Part shown: in pieces, positions 1 to 12,952 of the stretch
Numbering within the stretch: position 1 is the first letter of the stretch
Layout: each line of letters opens with the position of its first letter
Assembly: GCF_964204865.1 (NCBI RefSeq)
Contig: NC_135264.1
Location: 14,260,001 to 14,324,000 of the forward strand
Direction: 5' to 3'
DNA: 64,000 bases
Source of the DNA: Styela clava
Taxonomy: Eukaryota
The notes under the pieces: model-generated
What the model was told of the DNA's origin: nothing
Database searches by the model: none
The model's input: the letters and a program-made list of their open reading frames with translations, nothing else
Made by a program: the position numbers and the translations under genes

Positions 1-2719
1 ATTTATGCTTACTCAACAAACTAGTTGAATTTTTATTTTTTCAAATTTTTATTTTTTGACAGTTTTTTATGCTTATGACTGAAAAATAACATCCAATGGC
101 TCAACTGTCACGGTTTAGAAAAATAGAAAAGGGAGAATAGGAGATAGTCAACCAAGCATGTGTCTTAACTAGAAATTTGTGCCAACAACCAGCCATGCTT
201 ATCATACAAAAAACTTTTAACGGATAAATCAATTATTCTGTTATGATTGAGTCATTGTTAAATTGAGTTTATAATTTTAATGCTTTTTGATGCTTTTATT
301 TAAATAGACAAGACTTTCATATTATGTGGTTTCCTATAATGTAGACTATGGAGAATGGTTTTTTCGTTTTATTTTTACATTTTCAAAAAATGCTTTACCG
401 CAAATACTCTCATTTTGATGAGAAAATACGAGTCTAAAAACTGAAAGTTCATAGTAAGATATGATGCCTTATATTGGTCATGAATGACTACAAAAATGGC
501 CAATGAAATGTGGTATATAATCTTTTTATAAAAATGCCAAGTTACGTTTTATAAAGCGGTGTTTCGTGGCCAAATCCGGTCAAAATTGCTTCGGAATTGA
601 ATTCAACCATTTCCAATCTTTACCACAAATAAGGACAATTTGAATCAATTTTAACCGCCTAATTAAGGACCGAACAAAGCGTGATAATCATCTCCAAGAC
701 CAATTTAAATCTCTTGCCCAAAACGACCAATTTTGGCTTTTTCTGTCGAGTAATTAACAATTTCTGAATAAGGATATAAATTGGAGGTATTACTTTTTAT
801 AATTCATTATTTAATGTCTTGTTTTATTCTAATTTGCGTCTCAAATTTACCTTTCTTCTTTGAATAATTTCACCTTATAGTTTCGTTAGGTGAGAAATTA
901 TGATCATGTTTCGATCAAATTATTGACTCCATGCACCACCAGACTAGTCTAACTCCGGTTTCCTGCCGGAAACTCTTTATTGTCGAAATTACCAAGAATC
1001 CGCAAATATCATCGTCAATTAACGAAAAACGCAAGTATATTTCGCCAATTATGGGCATTTAGTAAAAAATACTCTTTATGTGGGGTCCAAAGCTGTTCAA
1101 TCCTTGTTTAAATAACTCGGACAACGATTTAAAATTTAGTACTATTGACCAAACAATCGTTAGGCGAGAATTTATGTCATAAAACACACAGTTGTAAAAA
1201 ATGAGCAAAATTATAAAACTTTTATAGTAACACGAAGTTATGAACGTAAAAACTGCATTGATTCGTACAAATAAAACGGTACTTCGATATGAAATTTTAA
1301 TATATCTAATAACGTAGTGAAATTAGTTACAATTACTGATTCTTTTACAGCTGTTTAAATCCAACTTCAAAGGGCTGGTCTGCTTAGGTCATTTCGTTTA
1401 TTGTCAGTAATCGTCCATAGGAACAGAGTGGTGTAATGTCAACCTAATGTCCAGTCTGATTGTTTACTGAAGGCCTACGACCTACGTGCTTTTCAAGGCT
1501 TATTATTTATTATAGGCATATATATGGTTGCATATTCTCTTTTTGTCAACGCAATTTCTGGTTTAAAGTCTTGATGATAGGGGGCATTAATCAAAGAATA
1601 AATATAAACAAGGAAAATATGGCGTCATAGAAAAGTTACGTTATAGAGTAATTCAGGCTCGATGAGAATTGCCGGATTGCAACCTCCGTCTCTGAATATG
1701 AAAATGTTTTTTTTGTCTCTTATTCAGTTGTAACCTAACATTATTTCAATCCAACATAGTTTTGTTTTTAAACAGAAAGTATTTCTTGTCAATTTTTCTG
1801 TTGCTAGGAAACCCAATATTACATCAGAATATAAAACCAACCCAAACTCTCGCAAAATACATCAAATCGTTTCTATATATTCACCAATTTGTGGTTGCAT
1901 AAACAATATGTCAATCGATTTCATTCAAAGTGAAATAGCCAAAATTGGATATTTTTATTACGTAAATTGAGCTGTTGATGTTTCACGTAATGTATTTCAT
2001 TATGAACTGCAGCTCAGGTGAGACCACCAATTCAATACAGAAAATGAGGTCGCAATTTTAGTCTCACTAGCTTTATATAGGTAACTAAATGAAGGTGTAA
2101 TCCAGCCAAATTGCTCCATATAGGATAGGATACAGAAGAGAAATACGCCATTTAACCTTTACAGGGAATCAACAAGTAATCTATGACGATATATTACCAC
2201 ATGGTAATCGACGGGTATTTATTCCTATTTCTCATAACAAAACCTATCCAATGTTTGCTTAATTCAGCCATTTTAACCCAGTTTTTCTGATTGTGAAAGC
2301 CCCACGCTCAGCTAAGCATCAGTAGGTAGGCCTTGTCGTGACTATTCCCTTGCGCATAAGAAACATTGGTGTTTACTGTTTACAAATCAAAAATGACTAA
2401 ATTTTCGAAATTAAACGAATTAAACGCTATATTGCTCCAAAAATATTCTAAACCCCCAAGTTCTTTTTATAGTGTACCATATTACGCATTAGCAATCCTG
2501 TCAATAATTTTGACATTTAGTTCATAAATATTCCTTCCAAAATTTTGCCAAAAAGGGCTCGCTACAACCATGTTTTTATTGTGTATTCGCACGCGCAGAC
2601 GGTTTGTTGAAAACCTAATTGCTTTTATCACAAAAGATCAAATAAATCGGAGGTAATTATACTCTTATTTCAGCTTATTATTTCCTATTAACATTTAGGA
2701 ACAAAGTATGAAACGTGAG

Positions 2720-3260
2720 GAATCGAAAATCAGCCAGTCACGAATAAGAAAAGGGTTGCCACATTTATCCTCTTGGTCACTGCTAACTGCACTCAATCGA
2801 AAATCAGCCAGTCACGAATAAGAAAAGGGTTACCACATTTATCCTGTTGATCACTGCTAAATGCGCTCAATTACAGTTCATATCAATTTAATATGCATTA
2901 GTATCACTAGCAAAGTTGTAAATTCACTTTTTCATCCTAGCAACCCGAACAATTCGCCATGCTATTCTAGCAGTCTTCGCATAATGAAGTCTTTCCGGGT
3001 CCAGTAGCACCAGTCCCAAATAAGTAAAGGCAGAAAAGAGTTGCCACTTTCGCCAAGGCGGTTTCCATCAAACTACGGTTCTTATTCATTTAATATGCAT
3101 TAGTGATACGTCTTAAACTGTAAATTTCTTTTTAAAGTAGATTTACGCTAGACTTCGAACAATTCTCTTAGCATGTCTTGGTATAATGGAGCCTTCCCGA
3201 ATCAACAATAAGCAAAGGTAAAAAGGCGTTGCCACTTTTATACGAGGTGGTTATCACTCA
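2720..3260. repeat. ~74-bp tandem duplication followed by a degenerate ~200-bp duplication
   Basis: aatcgaaaatcagccagtcacgaataagaaaagggtt twice; atttaatatgcattagt...gttgccacttt twice. Confidence 0.8.
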
Positions 3261-4431
3261 TTGCAATGTACCATTCCGTTTATGTCGGTACCTGCGCATT
3301 AGTAAATGCTTTATATTTTCAATAAGCTTGCAAACGAGGTCCATTAAGGCGATCATTTGAAAATAAAAAGGATTGGAATAGCTGAATATCTCTATAGATC
3401 GGCATAGGCTGTGTTCGGGGACTCAAACTGATCTTTCCTATCTGCAATGCAAACAATGTCTAAAGTGTGATTGGGGCCACTTTTCATTTAACATCGTTTT
3501 AGACATTTAAAATTAAAAATACATTTCAATCGTAGTTTGGAGTAAAAAGGTAGTGATTTAGAGTTTGCTAGAAAATCACGTCCCACTAAAAGTACCGAAA
3601 AGGCAATGCTTGGCATTTACCTGGGCCTCGCTATAATGGTAAAAATGTCCTATTTCACAAGAACAACACATTGAATCCCCTCGACCGCTGAATTCACCAC
3701 AATTGTTCAATAAAAATAATAAACGAGAATAAATCAATTTCAGTCTGGATATGATTGAAATTACGATGCAATACCGGAAGTAATCCATACAAGGGGTTGA
3801 GACGATTTGATTGTTTTATTTGTCGAAAACAAAATCCAGCCAATTATTGCAAGCTGGCATGATTTGGAATGCAGCCTGCAGTTATTGATTTAAACGTAAA
3901 GTAAGTTTTAACAGCGCATGCAAGATTGAAAATACATTATACACTCAAGTATGAGCAAAATCATTTGCCCGACGTTCAGAAATGATACTTTAGCACGAAA
4001 TAGTAAAATGGGATATAGAGTTAATATAACCGAAATAAGCGTACAATATTTCTAATTGTTGCTAAATCTTCACGCATTTTTGCTGCATTCTTAAAAAGTT
4101 GCTCAAAGCGAGGCCACGCGAACTCACCCAGAAGTAAAGAAGACTCAACTCTGAATAAGCCTACTGACGAACCATGGAAATCGAGTTGACAAAAACTTGA
4201 ATCAGTTTAAGTAAATACGCACGGGTAATTTATACTTCCATGTGCTTAATTATAGAGCTATGAATATTTTCTTACAGAAAATTCATAACGTGAAATATAA
4301 AAAAATATAAACAAATTTCAAAGTCGCTGATGCGTGGAAATTTAGCCATATTTTGACAAGCAATAAAACGTTTAAATTTATACAAATTAAAGATTTTTAG
4401 CATATATAACTAAGTAGAAAAATCGACTCAC

Positions 4432-4535
4432 TGTCTTCACAATTTTCTCCACTGAATCCGGGACAGCAACTCCATTCTTCTGTCATTTGTTTCTTCATCA
4501 CCGTCTTGTAAGTTAAACGTGACGATACGACGTAG
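4432..4535 (-). CDS. EMILIN-like protein, coding exon 4 (C-terminal half of EMI domain: YVVSSRLTYKTVMKKQMTEEWSCCPGFSGENCED); gene continues 3' (unresolved, probably beyond the window start)
   Basis: Acceptor ttttttctgtttag|, donor A|gtgagt, 104 nt, phase 2-1; contains the EMI hallmark W-x-C-C-x-G-F-x-G-x-x-C. Confidence 0.92.
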
Positions 4536-4579
4536 CTAAACAGAAAAAAAAATGATTGTGTGTTCATATTAATACTTTG

Positions 4580-4689
4580 GGTGCTCCCGAAGTATATGCA
4601 CCAAGATGGCGCACAACCTGACCATAGTATTGTACCAGGTTAGGGTATCAGGTTGATCGTCATCTTGGTACGGATACTTCCGGCGCGCC
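4580..4689. mobile_element. Palindromic mini-MITE, same family
   Basis: ggtgctcccgaagtatatgcaccaagatggcg...cgtcatcttggtacggatacttccggcgcgcc; 9-bp flanks aatactttg/aatattttg. Confidence 0.75.
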
Positions 4690-5847
4690 AATATTTTGAC
4701 CTTGATTTTGATTTTGAATATAATAAAATATCCCGCGACCCCTGTTACGTCGGCATTGTTATGCAAGCCCATTAGTACTTTGTATGAAATTGATGTACTC
4801 CTTGCGACCCCTAAAATTCGATTCGCGTCCCCCTGCGGGGTCGTGACGCCCAGCTTGCGAAGCCCTGACCTAAATGAAATAACTCAGACTCGCCAGTACG
4901 ATTTAATTATTTGACCCGACTTGGTGACATGACTCGTGGTTTAAGGACTGCTGCCCGATACTGGCATCATTATACCATATCTAAAAAAGAAACCAATGAA
5001 GCGTGACTAGTCAGAATGATGCGCTTTTTTATTAACCACGTTCAATTATTTGAAACTGACTCGACCTATATCAGGTCAAGACTTTTTTATTGAATGTATT
5101 GTATTAGGTTAACTTATCAACTTTCCTTTCTATGAGAATGAAAATTAAATTGGATTCCCCCTATATAGTAATATTTCTTTTTTCTTGATTAAATTTTCAT
5201 TTTTCTAGAAAATGCATTTTGTTTGTAAAATTTTGAAATTTATGTTTCAAATCGTGAATTTGGTTACAATCAGATTTCATTTATTAATTAGAATGAAAGG
5301 TTTCATGTCAGCAAAATTTTTAGTGACGTCAATGCACCCCAATTTCACCATGAGAACAAATCTTTTAATTATCGGATTACAATCAGCAATTTTTTGTTTC
5401 CTGCTGTACAAATTTAAAAATGTGATTGACAATCAGGGGCCATGTAATAATTATACAAGGACCATAGTACGAAATCACAAGAAAAGATTTGCTTCAACGC
5501 GAAATTCATTCACAATTTTTACTCACGGATTACAATTGGCCCATACGTTTTTGGAGTTTTATTGATTCATAAATTCGTCAATTTTCAAGGCCTTTATTGG
5601 CAAAATAATTCGAAATAATACAAAGTATAATAACAACACAATAACTTCTTCAAGCCTCAAATTAATGAGTGATATATTACTTACGCAGGCGCCGAATGAG
5701 GAAATTGTCAGGTTGAAAAAATGAGGTTTTTTATTTACTATTACTGTATTTATGAGTGTTCATAAATACTAAAGAAATATAGAACAGAAGTAGCTGAAGT
5801 CTGGGGCGATCTGCTCAATCGGATTTAATGTTTTACTTTAAATTATC

Positions 5848-6057
5848 GACGCTCCAGTATGTGTACCAATATGGAGGTAACTAATTCTGTTCGCCTACTT
5901 TACATCAAGTTGTGTAAAGGGATTGAAGCCTACGGACAGGGGGATATTCACTCGGCTAACACAGTCAGTCCCCGAACTCGTAATAAAACTAAACTATGGG
6001 AAATCGGAGTAAAATTAGGGCCTAACTCTAACCTGGTACATATACTACGGGAGTACC
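5848..6057. mobile_element. Related Merlin-like MITE (~210 bp)
   Basis: gctccagtatgtgtacca ... taacctggtacatatactacgggagtacc inverted ends similar to the 4580 and 11169 elements. Confidence 0.6.
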
Positions 6058-7385
6058 TTTATAATTACTATAGAAACATAGAAAAGAAGTAGCTGAAGTC
6101 TGAGGCGATCTGCTCAATTGAGTTCAATGTTTTACGGTAAATTCTGGAACTTAACATATTGACTTCATCCCAGCTAAAGATAATTTAGTTTAAAGATGCA
6201 ATCAGAAGTCTTTACCCCAATAGTCGAACTTAGTGACGGTGGAAGCCCTTACTTGGATCTTACTGAACTCGAGTTTTTTTTACAATACTATTTACATTCT
6301 TTCCAATTGTTTCATTTATGAAAAAAAAACGGATTTTGCGTAAGAACTGTCAGTGGTAAAAAAGTACCCGTCCTTGTTATGCACCACGTAAGATTTCACT
6401 TATAAACTCTTGCCTGAGTGAGTTTTATGCTCAAGATAGAATACATAACTCATAGTTTTACAAAAGTCGAGCGCAAAATTTTTGTAACATGGCTAGCAAA
6501 CAGCGATAATCAGTGTTTTTAAATCAAGATCTTGTTAAAATATTTGTCTAAGACGGTTGAGAATATATATAAGAAAGTTTAAATATCGCAATGATGTATG
6601 TTGCTACATCATAAATTTATCGACTGTATTCAATAATTTGATTCAAATCTTGAAGTGTCTATACAAGAAACATCTAGATTTAAATACTTCCGGGTTTCAT
6701 AAAAAGTTCTTGTCAGCAAAGATATTTCGATAATTTTGTACGATTAAAATATATATAAAGAAATAAAACAGCGGGGATTCTGTCTCTGACCCCGGAACGC
6801 GGAAGTTCAATTATATTCAATGCAAACGTAATACCAGGCATGGGCCAGAGTTAACTAGATTCTGATAAAACTTATATCAATGGTTTATATTAGTTTCGGT
6901 CGTGGAAGCTGATGAGGGGATGTTGACTTTGCAGTTCTAAAATGGGTGATTGTCTCGCGTGAATTTGACAGTTTTTTGAATTTTTATCAAATAGTCATAG
7001 TATTATATCTGAACTTTCATATGTATTGCGATTGAAAGAAAAGTCAATAACATGGCTTAATTACATAGCAAAGTTCTTCTTAACTAGTGAATTGTTCTAG
7101 ATGCAAAAGTTTTCGTGACAGAAGAAGCCAAAACTGATCACTGGTTACGTAAACAAACCTAAGACAGCAAGGAGTTGAAACTTTGCACAAGAGCCATTGG
7201 CGAGCGGCTATCCCGTCCATTCCACAAGAAGGAATAATTTTTTTCTTCTGTTTTTAATTTATTGTGATCGTTTGAATTGCAAATAAATGGCAATCTGATT
7301 GGGTCACATTGAAAAAAATAAAAATAAATTGAGGTCTAGTCGTATTGTTTAGGTCAAATTTAACTCTCCCTTCGAATTTAATATA

Positions 7386-7676
7386 CAGGGTGGTCGATAG
7401 AAAAGCAGAACATTTGAAGGTCAGGTGACACCACGAATAAAATGTGTATATAGGTATAGGTTGAATTGGAACGATATCCAACAAATTAGCTTTCGAAACA
7501 CTACACGAGCTCGGACGCCTAGGATAAACCATTGCCCTGGAGTGCTCGGACGATATTTTGAGCATCTATGAGTGAAATATATATAACTTATGCCTTTGAA
7601 AAACTTTGTAAAACTTATTCTTTGTAAAAATAAATACCTGTTTAACAATTTTTCTGGTTTCCTAGCAACTACCCTT
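7386..7676. mobile_element. Tc1/mariner MITE
   Basis: TA|CAGGGTGGTCGATAGAAAAGCAGAA ... TTCTGGTTTCCTAGCAACTACCCTT|TA. Confidence 0.65.
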
Positions 7677-7731
7677 TATATTATAGAATATACAAGCGCT
7701 AATATATTCAAAATGTAATTAATCTACTTAC

Positions 7732-7914
7732 TTGACTCTCGGTGTACAGTACAATGAAGTCCAATGGCATTTAGATACAACTTGTTTTAAATATGTTTCA
7801 GTTCCGTTAGCAATTCTTTGCGGAATCATCTTTGTTTTTGTGAATGCGCAATATCTCCCAGTATACATTGTTCGCTTCAGAGTGCCGCCTGGATATTGGC
7901 TCCTTGAATCATAC
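7732..7914 (-). CDS. EMILIN-like protein, coding exon 3 (N-terminal half of EMI domain: ...GRYCAFTKTKMIPQRIANGTETYLKQVVSKCHWTSLYCTPRV)
   Basis: Acceptor ttttctgcacag|, donor AA|gtaagt, 183 nt open, phase 2-2; matches the EMI pattern WCA..T.......NG.ETY.K....C.W....C. Confidence 0.9.
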
Positions 7915-9133
7915 CTGTGCAGAAAATTAATGTTAGCAAGATATTGAAATTGAATAGAAAAAATATGAATCGTTCATGATCTTCTAACCAACATTTTATT
8001 TTTTTGTTTGAAATTAGCTAGAGATCGAAATAAAAAACAAAAATTAATCTTAATTGAGACCCAATACAAATTGATATTTGTCTCCCATTTTTTGCCTGAA
8101 TATTAGCTAGAGATTGAAATAAAAGCAAACATTGATCCTAATTGAAAACTGACACAACACGAACTAAAAATTTGCCTTCCATTTTTTGTCCAAATTGAAT
8201 TATTTTTAAGATTAAATCCATTTTTTTTTCACGGGACATATTTATAAATTGGATATTGTAAATATGACCGTATTGCGAAAGAAATATTTAAAATAAAATA
8301 TACTGTCTTTCGCAGCATATATTAAATTTGATGAGGTGAGAACATAACGAAACAAACAAAATTTGTGATTTGCAATTTTTCAGTCGAAAAATTGAAAACA
8401 AATGTGTAAACGTTTGTGAATATGTGTTTGCAATATGTTAGCGTGGATAAGACAAGTCAAACCATTTTTTTCCAGATAATAGGAACAACTTAGGAAAAAG
8501 TAAGCAGCATTACTGGGGAAGAGAATCCGCGGGGAAGCATACATGAAAGATTGATTTATTTAAACTGGTGAACACTTTATAACGATTTTCATATTTCTAT
8601 GAAGTGATCCTTTTGGAAGTTTTAATTTAAAAATTGTTTTGAAATCTATATTTTTGAATTTTTTGCATATTTCCAGTATTGCATTTAATACGATTACGTA
8701 GTGTGACAAGCATATTCAAGCTCAAGCTCATATCCCTCTCACTAGCAACGATTTTATAATTGTACTCCATAGAAAACTAATAACACAAAAATAAAATCTT
8801 CAATTTTATAAAACACTGGGATATTCGGTAAGTGCGTGAGTAGTTGCAGAGCAAATAATATGGAAATTAAAATACAATATGGCATATAACGGAAAAAGCA
8901 AATAATACAAAAAGAAAAATCGCACATAAAAAATGATGAATTATTGTAAAGTTATCTGTAAATAAAGTTAACAAAAAACGTATTTTTTAACTAAAAAAAC
9001 ACAAAACATGCAAATTGCACACAAATGTAGAAATAAATTATATTTCAATCAAAAAATTAGGCACACAAAACAGAACGTTGCATGCAAAAATTACTCGATC
9101 ATGCAAAACACACTACAGCGCATGCGCTGGTAC

Positions 9134-9202
9134 CTGTTGGACCCAGAATAACGGGCTGATGAACTCTTAAAAAGAGAATAGCCCCCTCTCGAAGTTGGGT
9201 AT
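9134..9202 (-). CDS. EMILIN-like protein, coding exon 2 ((V)YPTSRGGYSLFKSSSARYSGSN(R))
   Basis: Acceptor ctttactttag|, donor CAG|gtacc, 69 nt, phase 2-2; peptide resembles the mature N-terminus of human EMILIN1 (ASYPPRGFSLYTGSS, recalled from memory). Confidence 0.8.
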
Positions 9203-10243
9203 CTAAAGTAAAGATAGCGTCCTATTAGTGCTGCATTGCGCGAGAAAAATTAAAGGCATTACTCAGATTTTAAAAGCAATGGACGCAAAGCATTGTCAGC
9301 AGTTAAAATAATATTAATTTGGTAAATAGAAAGAAATTAAAAGATTTAGCACTCATTGAAGAATATCAAATTTTTCTTTCAAGAAAATGCGAATTCATAA
9401 ATTCTAATTTTGCATTATCGCCTTTCAGAAACAGAGTAACAGCAATCTAAGTTATTAGGAAGTATAGTTTGTTTTAAGCAAAATTCGTATCGCAAGCCGC
9501 AGCATAGATCAACTTAAAATCAGAAATCAGTATTTGGCAGAATTTTTTATTCTAATAAAACGAAAATACAATTGCAGAATTCTATGGTCAGAATATTTCA
9601 ACACGCATAAATAAGATGTCTTCCAAGTTATGAAGATCGGTGAACAAGATCGGTATGAACTCATGATGCAATGAAACATTGTTGCAACTATTTTTCATCC
9701 AAAATTTTCCCGCAAGAAATCTGGGCAAAGTTATGAATCAACAATAACTGATGTAAGACAAACAATGCAGCAACCCATAAGATTCAACTTTTTACTTGCA
9801 GAGCAATGTCACAATAATTGTAAAATCAGCTGCTACGCAGGTAAATGAAATGTTCCCATTTAAAATAAAATTTTTCCTTCTCTTCGAATATTATTTTTCG
9901 TAAACCCTATCTCTCTCATTACACGTTTTCTATTTTCAATACTGAAAACCGATAAGCTGCTGAACATTGGTTTGACAAGATTTATGGTTGAAACAAAATA
10001 TCTTCAGACGCGGAGAATGAAAATGCAGTAAATTTAAAAATATTCATTTTTATCATTTTGGTATATAGGTAGCGAAAAGCATAATAAATTCATTACCAAG
10101 AAACATGCTACATGAGTTCAAGCACATCCATGCTTTTCGAAAGTAAGATTATTTATATATCCTCTTGTCGATCTAGATTGGTAACTGAATGATATAGATG
10201 TACTTTGTTCTGTGCCTATATATTACATCACAATGCTCTACTG

Positions 10244-10538
10244 CAGTGGTTCTCAAACGATGGGGTGCGCCCCTCAAGGAGGGCGTAGACAATTTTTTAA
10301 TGGGGAGTGAAGCTCATAAAAAATAAAAATATTTGTTAGATTTTAAATCTCACCCGCCCTTTTTTGGATATTTACATTTCTTTATTTACAAACACGTATT
10401 TTCAACGTATTTTTCAAATAAAACATACCTTCGCCTTGTTATTTGTAGCTTATTGTTAGCTAGTTACTTTTGCGGTGAGGCGCGAGACTTGACAATTTCT
10501 AAAGAGGGGGCGCTGCTTGAAAAGTTTGAGAACCACTG
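10244..10538. mobile_element. hAT MITE
   Basis: TIR CAGTGGTTCTCAAAC / GTTTGAGAACCACTG; TSD ctctactg/ctctatcg. Confidence 0.85.
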
Positions 10539-10915
10539 CTCTATCGGAAAGGTACCATCATGTCTAGAGCCAAAGTGAAAGCAATCTGACATAAAGATAC
10601 TGAGTTGCGCATTTTTTATGCAAACATTTATCGCATTCGATGTTTTGATAAAGCTTACATTTTCCAAATGTTAACCTCGATTCCAGACTTATCTAATGTC
10701 AACTTTGTTTACAAAAACAAACAATAAATTTTGATTTTGACAATCAATACCCATATTCTGATGCAATCATGCATGACGAAAACATAAATCATCGTACTAG
10801 CTAAGTAAACTATGGTTCACGCTCACTTAAACTTCTTTGACATTTTGAATAGCACATATCCCAGTGTAGAGTTCATGTGTCAGAGGGAAAAAGTTTAAAT
10901 GCATTGACAATAAAG

Positions 10916-11333
10916 CACTGGTTCTCAATCAATGGACCATGGCCCACTTCTGGGCCACATAAACATTCTCAAGTGAGCCAAGAACTTATGTGGAACCTCG
11001 AACTGCTAGAGTTATTGATAAATGAATTGAACTTTGATGCTGTTTTGTTACTGAGTGGGAATTCTGATTTGAAATATTAAAGCTGAGGTATCAATCTGTA
11101 CAATTTTTTTTTTGTTCTTCCTATAGTTTTTCCCTTGCATATGAAAGTTAATGGGTCGGAGAATCTTTGGTGCTCCTGAAGTATATGCACCAAGATGTCG
11201 TATAACCTGAACCCTAACCTGGTACACAACCTGAGTTCAGGTTGTGCGCCATTTTGGTGCACATACTTCGGGAAGTCCGAATCTTTTGTGCGGCAAAAGT
11301 GGGCCACGAAAGAAAAAAGGTTAATATTCACTG
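10916..11333. mobile_element. hAT MITE containing a nested palindromic mini-MITE
   Basis: cactggttctcaa...ggttaatattcactg, GGGCCAC subterminal motifs, TSD caataaag/cactaaag. Confidence 0.7.
11169..11278. mobile_element. Palindromic mini-MITE with 8-bp TSD (Merlin-like)
   Basis: ggtgctcctgaagtatatgcaccaagatg...cattttggtgcacatacttcgggaagtcc flanked by a perfect GAATCTTT duplication. Confidence 0.8.
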
Positions 11334-11754
11334 CACTAAAGCATAATTGGCAACAAAGATAGGGCGTGGTAAACCTACAGATGAATATGAATAACATCCT
11401 GTTGTTTGCTCTTCTGGGATAATAAGGAAAGTCAGGTTGGGTCGCTACTGACATAATTATATCTCTCCCAAGCATTTGAAAATGTGCTATTATGCCTGGT
11501 GCCCTACATTTTGGATAAACTCCTTACTAATGCGGTTTCATGGTTTATGCCACTAGCAATTTAGGATGTGCGTAGATTTCTAACCCGTGCGCCCCATTGA
11601 AATTCATTCATTTAACATCTGTAGTACTAGTTTTAAAGGATATTTGTTTATTTTGTCACTGGTAAAACAACATTCTCTTTATTGTTACCTATTTAGGACA
11701 TAAAATTTTACCTTTTGTGGACATTTGGGTATGAATTCCGGGAGAAATGAGAAG

Positions 11755-11945
11755 AAATATTATGTTCGAGAGGATTGCTTGACTGTTCGTTGCCCAGGGT
11801 GGTCCGTGCAAGCACGGTTTGGATGCGGCTCTGTCATACACCCAAGCATACGGTATGTTTAACCAATTGAAACTATTCTCATATCCGATCTGGAATGGTA
11901 ACTGGGCGAAAGGGAAAAGGCCTTCTTATCGTCTTTCTCTCTATT
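11755..11945 (+). mobile_element. Degenerate copy of the tRNA-SINE
   Basis: ttatgttcgagaggattgcttgactgttcgttgcccagggtggtcc aligns with 61271-61320; 3' part cttatcgtctttctct. Confidence 0.7.
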
Positions 11946-12205
11946 TAATGATAAATATAAAAAATCTAATCCTGTAAATTTCTATTGTTCTGAATGTGGT
12001 ATGTCACAATATAAATCTGGGGAGTTTTGCCTATAATGAAAGCTGTTTCATTCATGTCGGGATTTAAGAAGTTGGGGGATTACATTAGGAAATGTGCTGT
12101 CTCATCAATGTCATTAAAATAATATTTATCACAAATTAAGCCACGCCTCATTGAGTCTGAGTCACCTGACTTAGCGGATGAGTGAATATGCAACTTCCTC
12201 CGAGC

Positions 12206-12533
12206 ACGTGTTGGTAACTTTGTTTGTTCAAGATTTAATATGTACTAACAGGGCTTAGTTTTAATCTCATTTCACGAGGTATGTAAAATATATATATATA
12301 CTTTATCGAGTGCGGGCAATGAGGCTATGCGTGATTCACTGAACCAGTAACGTTAACAAAACTTACAAACGTGTTGGTAACTTTGTTTGTTCAAGATTTA
12401 ATATGTACTAACAGGGCTTAGTTTTAATCTCATTTCACGAGGTATGTAAAATATATATATATACTTTATCGAGTGCGGGCAATGAGGCTATGCGTGATTC
12501 ACTGAACCAGTAACGTTAACAAAACTTACAAAC
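12206..12533. repeat. Perfect 163-bp tandem duplication in intron 1 of the EMILIN-like gene
   Basis: acgtgttggtaactttg...aaaacttacaaac repeated at 12206 and 12369. Confidence 0.95.
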
Positions 12534-12817
12534 CACCATTGCTTATGTAGTTATCAATGGGTTTTGGTACCGGTACCGGTAGGCGGCATCTTGTTGACAG
12601 ATGCAGGAAAGGGACTTAGGACCTCACAGGTGCTAGGGTTCTGACAGTGATATTTCATGGGCTACTGTAGCTAAGCGCAGACATGAGGTTTTATGGGGAA
12701 TAAGATCTCCAAGTACCCAGAAATGAACTAAGCCAGTTCATGTAACCTGAAACCGTAAAAATACTTTCGAGTGGTAATTTTTATTAGCATTTTATAGGTT
12801 ATAAGAGCAAATGCATC

Positions 12818-12952
12818 ACACAAATAACTGGCTAACTAATCCCATACCCGACATGGACTGGAAACAGGACGAGAGACCGTGGTTAGCCATATGATTAAAA
12901 TGTCTTATCGGCTTCCCCGATCCTCGGGATGAATTTTTGAATCCCGTCCTAG
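12818..12952 (+). mobile_element. 3' half of the tRNA-SINE
   Basis: cccgacatggactggaaacaggacgagagaccgtggttagccatatgatt...gggatgaatttttgaatccc matches 61378-61476. Confidence 0.8.

Noticed and set aside
1640-4170. Candidate downstream exons for the EMILIN-like gene (near 4130-4150, 3621-3630, 3400-3441 and 1640-1691)
   Set aside because: Weak splice signals, early stops or no EMILIN-like sequence in the required phase
11711-11945. Apparent minus-strand exon (open frame ending at AAG|gtaaaa) in EMILIN-like intron 1
   Set aside because: The sequence is a degenerate copy of the tRNA-SINE; exon 1 already splices in phase to exon 2
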